A stretch of DNA of 10,888 nt, taken from assembly GCA_913020725.1 (NCBI GenBank), contig CAJWCD010000119.1, positions 1 through 10,888 of the forward strand. Direction: 5' to 3'. The position numbers and the translations under genes are program-made. The DNA is from an uncultured Pseudomonadota bacterium. Its GTDB lineage: Bacteria; SAR324; NAC60-12. Each line of letters starts with the position of its first letter. The first letter of the stretch is position 1. The notes under the pieces were generated by a model. That model was not told the origin of the DNA and ran no database searches. It saw only the letters and a program-made list of their open reading frames with translations. Shown piece by piece: positions 7,541-10,888 of the stretch.

Positions 7541-7721
7541 CGCTGAACTGCGGGAACTTCAGCAGCAAGGCAAAAGCCAAACTCGTTGGTAGGAAATGCA
7601 GGCCAAACAGGACGAAGATATTGACTACACCGATGCCCCGGAACTGAGCCGCAAGGATTTCGAGCAAGGGGTGGTCCGGAAAGCAAAAACCCGTTCCGTC
7701 CCCAAGCAGATTCCCGTCTGA
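7509..7721 (+). pseudogene. brnA: BrnA-family antitoxin remnant: in-frame TAG and missing C-terminal ribbon-helix-helix
   Basis: Manual translation: MSSKSMTRYTSAELRELQQQGKSQTRW*EMQAKQDEDIDYTDAPELSRKDFEQGVVRKAKTRSVPKQIPV*. The S-x-T-x-W...DEDIDYxDxPEL...F pattern is BrnA-like. TAG at 7590-7592; ends where the LRLD...WF...GYQTR DNA-binding domain should start. Overlaps the 3' end of brnT. Confidence 0.75.
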
Positions 7722-7722
7722 G

Positions 7723-8712
7723 ATGCCCTTCTCCGAAATCCTCGGACAGGATTCTGCCCTCAAGGCGTTACACCACGCGCAGCAGAGCAAACGCCTGCCC
7801 CACGCTTGGCTGTTCACGGGACCGCCTCGTGTGGGGAAATCCAAGACCGCACTCGCGCTGGCACAGTGGCTCAACTGCGAGCGCGGCAACGAGGACGATG
7901 CCTGCGGGCAGTGTCCGACCTGTCGGCAGATTGCCGAGCGCAACTATCCGGATTGCATGGTGCTGGAACCGGACGGCAAAAACATCCGCATTGCGCAGGT
8001 GCATCAGACGTTGCGCTGGTTGCAACTGCGGGCGGATCGCGCCAAAGTGCGGGTGCTGATTGTGGACGGGGCACAGCACTTCAACCGGGAATCCGCGAAT
8101 GCTTTTCTGAAAACACTGGAGGAACCGCCTGCGGGAACGCTGATCGTGTTGATTGCAGAAGCACCCGCGCAGTTGCTTGAAACGCTGGTTTCGCGCTGTC
8201 AGTTGATGCGCTTCCGTCCGCTTGCGGACGAACAGGTCCGCACGATTCTTGCGCAGAATCCGGAACTCAGCGAGGCACAGATCGCAACCGTCCTGCCTTG
8301 GGCACTGGGCAGTGTGCCTTCCGGATTGGTTGGCGAGTTGGAAACGCTGGCAGCGGTGCAGCAACAAACGGTACACTGGTTGACCACCTGCTCGGCCCCG
8401 GAGGCACTGGAGGAAATTCTGTGTGAGATGGGGAATTGGGGCGGGGCGAAGAGCGAGGCGTGGCGGCTGATGCTGGATTTTCTGGAGCGTTGGTTCCGGG
8501 ACGTCTCATGGTTGCAACACGGCCTGCCCGAAACCCAACTGCTCTGCCCGGAGTTCCGGGACTCCCTTGACGAAGGAGTGCGGCGTTTCTCGAAACGCTG
8601 GGTATTGGAACTCCCAGAACACTTGGCGCGTCTGCGCGAGTCCATCGAGTTGAATGCAAACAAACCTCTTGCCTTGGAGACGCTGTGGCTGCATTTGTTG
8701 AAAATCGCCTGA
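7723..8712 (+). CDS. holB: DNA polymerase III subunit delta'
   Basis: ILGQD, RLPHAWLFTGPPRVGKS, zinc module LNC...ACGQCPTC, YPD, IRIAQV, SANAFLKTLEEPP, LLETLVSRCQ, ELNANKPLALE; 329 aa. Confidence 0.94.
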   Translation: MPFSEILGQDSALKALHHAQQSKRLPHAWLFTGPPRVGKSKTALALAQWLNCERGNEDDACGQCPTCRQIAERNYPDCMVLEPDGKNIRIAQVHQTLRWLQLRADRAKVRVLIVDGAQHFNRESANAFLKTLEEPPAGTLIVLIAEAPAQLLETLVSRCQLMRFRPLADEQVRTILAQNPELSEAQIATVLPWALGSVPSGLVGELETLAAVQQQTVHWLTTCSAPEALEEILCEMGNWGGAKSEAWRLMLDFLERWFRDVSWLQHGLPETQLLCPEFRDSLDEGVRRFSKRWVLELPEHLARLRESIELNANKPLALETLWLHLLKIA

Positions 8713-8818
8713 GAAATCCCCCCCGCTTCGCCTTCCCCTTTTTGGCAAAGGGGGGATTGAGGGGGAGGGGCTCCCTTTGGAAAAAAGCCTGCCCTGAGCA
8801 AAGCCGAAGGGGGGGAGG
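8713..8818. repeat. Compound palindromic (REP-like) intergenic repeat with a second short repeat nested inside
   Basis: AATCCCCCC (8715-8723) / GGGGGGATT (8750-8758); CCCCTTT-TTGGC-AAAGGGG (8735-8753). A second unit CTCCCTTTGGAAAAAA...GGGGGAG is split by GCCTGCCCTGAGCAAAGCCGAAGG (8787-8810). Confidence 0.65.
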
Positions 8819-8834
8819 AACACATTCAAAACGT

Positions 8835-9296
8835 GTGCTGCTGGCGGTCGCAGTGGGGCTGTTGCTGCTGACCCAACCCGCCTTTGAATCCGTGGCCCGG
8901 ACTCCGACCCCCGCAGAGTTGCACCACATTTCCGAGCAGGCCAAAAGTGCGTTTGGCGAGTTCCTGCAGCTCTGGCAGGAGGAGCGTTATTTCGAGATGT
9001 ACGAACACGGTAAGCGGCAGTCCCGTGCGCAGCTCACGATGGAGGAGTACGCCACGCGCATGGTGGAACTCGACTGGGTGCCAGTCGGGCTTGAGACGGA
9101 AATTCCGGTGGAGATTGACTACCAGTTCCGCACAATGCTCTATGTCAACGCGACCGTGCTCTTCCAGCACAAGAACTACTACGATTTGCGTTTTCCACGC
9201 AAACAGTCATTCCTGCTGATTTGGGAAGACAACGCTTGGCGTCTTGACCTGCTGCAAATGATCCGCTCCCCCTACTACGCCCCGATCCGGCGCTGA
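8835..9296 (+). CDS. Hypothetical exported protein, possibly NTF2-like fold (about 153 aa; start uncertain)
   Basis: Signal-peptide-like KRVLLAVAVGLLLLTQPA, then a globular region with strong GC3 bias. The ORF track's 8685 start reads through repeat DNA; GTG 8835 is the first in-frame start after the repeat. Confidence 0.65.
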   Translation: MLLAVAVGLLLLTQPAFESVARTPTPAELHHISEQAKSAFGEFLQLWQEERYFEMYEHGKRQSRAQLTMEEYATRMVELDWVPVGLETEIPVEIDYQFRTMLYVNATVLFQHKNYYDLRFPRKQSFLLIWEDNAWRLDLLQMIRSPYYAPIRR

Positions 9297-9324
9297 CCTC
9301 CGGCGCATCGGTACAGCAGGACGC

Positions 9325-10888
9325 ATGCCCCACGACCAAATCTCTCTCACTGGAACCCTCCAGCGCATCGTCTATTCCCAGCCGGAGTCCGGCTTCTTGA
9401 TTGGCCGCTTCTTGGTAGACGACACCGAGACCGCAATCACGGTCAAGGGCACGGTCTTCAACGTCGGGGATCACGAAACCCTGAAGCTCAAAGGCCGCTG
9501 GCACGATCATCCGACCTACGGGCGGCAGTTCGAGATTTCTGAATTCATGCCCGTGCGGCCCACCTCGCTTGAGGGCATGGAGCGCTACCTTGCCTCCGGA
9601 GCTTTCAAGCACATCGGTGCGGCGACGGCGCAGAAGATTGTCGCAAAATTCGGAGATGACACCTTCGAGATCATTGACCGCGACCCGCAGGCACTGCTGC
9701 GCAGCAAAGTCCTCAATCGCAAACAGTACCGCAGCCTGACCGCCAGTTGGGGCGAGCAGCGCGAACTGCGCGAGGTCATGAGCTTCCTGCACGGGTTGGG
9801 CATTTCGGCAAGTTATGCGAAGAAGATTCATGACGAGTACGGCCTCAGCAGCGTCGCCACGATTCAGGACAATCCCTATCGGCTCACCGAGGTTGCAGGC
9901 ATCGGTTTTCTCAAGGCAGACGGCATCGCCCGGCGCATGGGTTTTGACGAAAATTCTCCAGAGCGGGCGGTGGCAGGCTTGCTCTACATGCTCGATCAGC
10001 AGGCGCTCAACGGTCACACCTGCTATCCAGAACCAGAACTCGCCGAGCAAACTTCCTCCGAGTTGCGCATCAATTCGGACGTGATCGCCGGAGCGCTTCA
10101 GCAATTGCGGCGGGATCGTTTGGTCAAGGCGGTGGAGCCGGAGGAGGGCAACGAGCAGCCAACCTTGCTCGCCCGCCCGAAGTTCTACTACGCCGAGCAG
10201 CGCATCGCCGAGAACTTCACGCGTATCCTCAGCAGCAAAGGTTTCACGGATTTTCCGGACCCGGCCCCGCTGATTGCAGAACAGGAACAGCGGCAGAAAA
10301 TCCGGCTCGACCCTGTGCAGCGCGAAGCCGTGGAAGCGGCGTTGCAGCACAAGGTGCTGATCATCACAGGCGGTCCCGGAACCGGAAAGACGACGATCAT
10401 CCGCTTCATCCTCATGCTGCTACGCCCGCATATTCCTGCGATTGCACTCGCGGCACCCACTGGACGCGCGGCCAAGCGGCTTGCGGAAGCCACCGGGGCC
10501 GGAGCTTCCACGATCCATCGGCTGCTAGAGGCAAACAACTTCGGCTTCCAGCGCAACCGTGATGAACCGCTGGAGCAAGAACTGCTCGTGCTGGACGAAT
10601 CGTCCATGATTGACACGCTGCTCATGGACGTGCTGCTGGACGCGATTCCATCGCAGTCCCGGTTGGTGCTGGTGGGTGACGTGGATCAACTCCCTTCGGT
10701 CGGAGCCGGAGCCATCTTGCTCAACTGCATCGAATGCGGACAGGTTCCGGTGGTGCGGCTTGAACACATCTATCGGCAGGGCGAGGGCAGTCGCATCACG
10801 CTCAACGCCCACGCCGTGCGGCAGGGGCAGCTTCCGGAACTGGAGCGCGTGGACGCTTCCGGGCCGCTCCGTGATTTCTACTTCATCC
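9325..10888 (+). CDS. recD2: ATP-dependent RecD-like DNA helicase (RecD2), 3'-truncated by the window
   Basis: Manual translation from ATG 9325 (AGGA at 9318-9321): MPHDQISLTGTLQRIVYSQPESGF...GRWHDHPTYGRQF...YLASG..KHIG...DNPYRL..VAGIGFLKADGIA...GHTC, Walker A ITGGPGTGKTT, AAPTGRAAKRL, STIHRLL, Walker B VLDESSMID, LVGDVDQLPSVGAG, IYRQ. No stop before the window end. Confidence 0.96.
   Translation, partial: MPHDQISLTGTLQRIVYSQPESGFLIGRFLVDDTETAITVKGTVFNVGDHETLKLKGRWHDHPTYGRQFEISEFMPVRPTSLEGMERYLASGAFKHIGAATAQKIVAKFGDDTFEIIDRDPQALLRSKVLNRKQYRSLTASWGEQRELREVMSFLHGLGISASYAKKIHDEYGLSSVATIQDNPYRLTEVAGIGFLKADGIARRMGFDENSPERAVAGLLYMLDQQALNGHTCYPEPELAEQTSSELRINSDVIAGALQQLRRDRLVKAVEPEEGNEQPTLLARPKFYYAEQRIAENFTRILSSKGFTDFPDPAPLIAEQEQRQKIRLDPVQREAVEAALQHKVLIITGGPGTGKTTIIRFILMLLRPHIPAIALAAPTGRAAKRLAEATGAGASTIHRLLEANNFGFQRNRDEPLEQELLVLDESSMIDTLLMDVLLDAIPSQSRLVLVGDVDQLPSVGAGAILLNCIECGQVPVVRLEHIYRQGEGSRITLNAHAVRQGQLPELERVDASGPLRDFYFI

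Noticed and set aside
7590..7592. TAG in brnA as pyrrolysine or recoded stop
   Set aside because: TAG is used as an ordinary stop elsewhere in the window (472-474, 4083-4081), and the module has other independent lesions consistent with decay.
9145..10350. 401-aa minus-strand ORF (likewise 5950-6792, 7768-8376, 8199-8825, 8267-8944)
   Set aside because: Antisense shadow frames of recD2, the aminotransferase and holB, expected in GC-rich coding DNA; no motifs.
1..10888. CRISPR array, tRNA/rRNA, prophage or intact defence island
   Set aside because: No regularly spaced direct repeats, cloverleaf or rRNA-like sequence, integrase or phage genes seen by eye; nearly all the sequence is explained by the listed genes.

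Overview
GC-rich (roughly 60% by eye) chromosomal segment from a Gram-negative bacterium, mostly housekeeping genes. In order: the 3' part of an ATP-grasp (RimK/glutathione-synthetase-like) gene (+); a minus-strand run of lipoprotein, thiopurine S-methyltransferase-family gene, kdsB, an IS30 scar and a BatA-type double-TM protein; then a plus-strand run of prfB (+1 programmed frameshift, true start 4877), a class I/II aminotransferase, a decayed BrnT/BrnA toxin-antitoxin pair, holB, a compound palindromic repeat, a small exported protein and recD2 (runs off the end, absent from the ORF track). I see no intact novel multi-gene system. The most interesting signals are small and not shown by the ORF track: the crippled TA module abutting holB, the IS30 HTH remnant, the nested short repeats, back-to-back promoters with a likely leaderless transcript, and the ATGA-coupled methyltransferase-kdsB pair. 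All family calls come from motif recognition by eye, not database searches.
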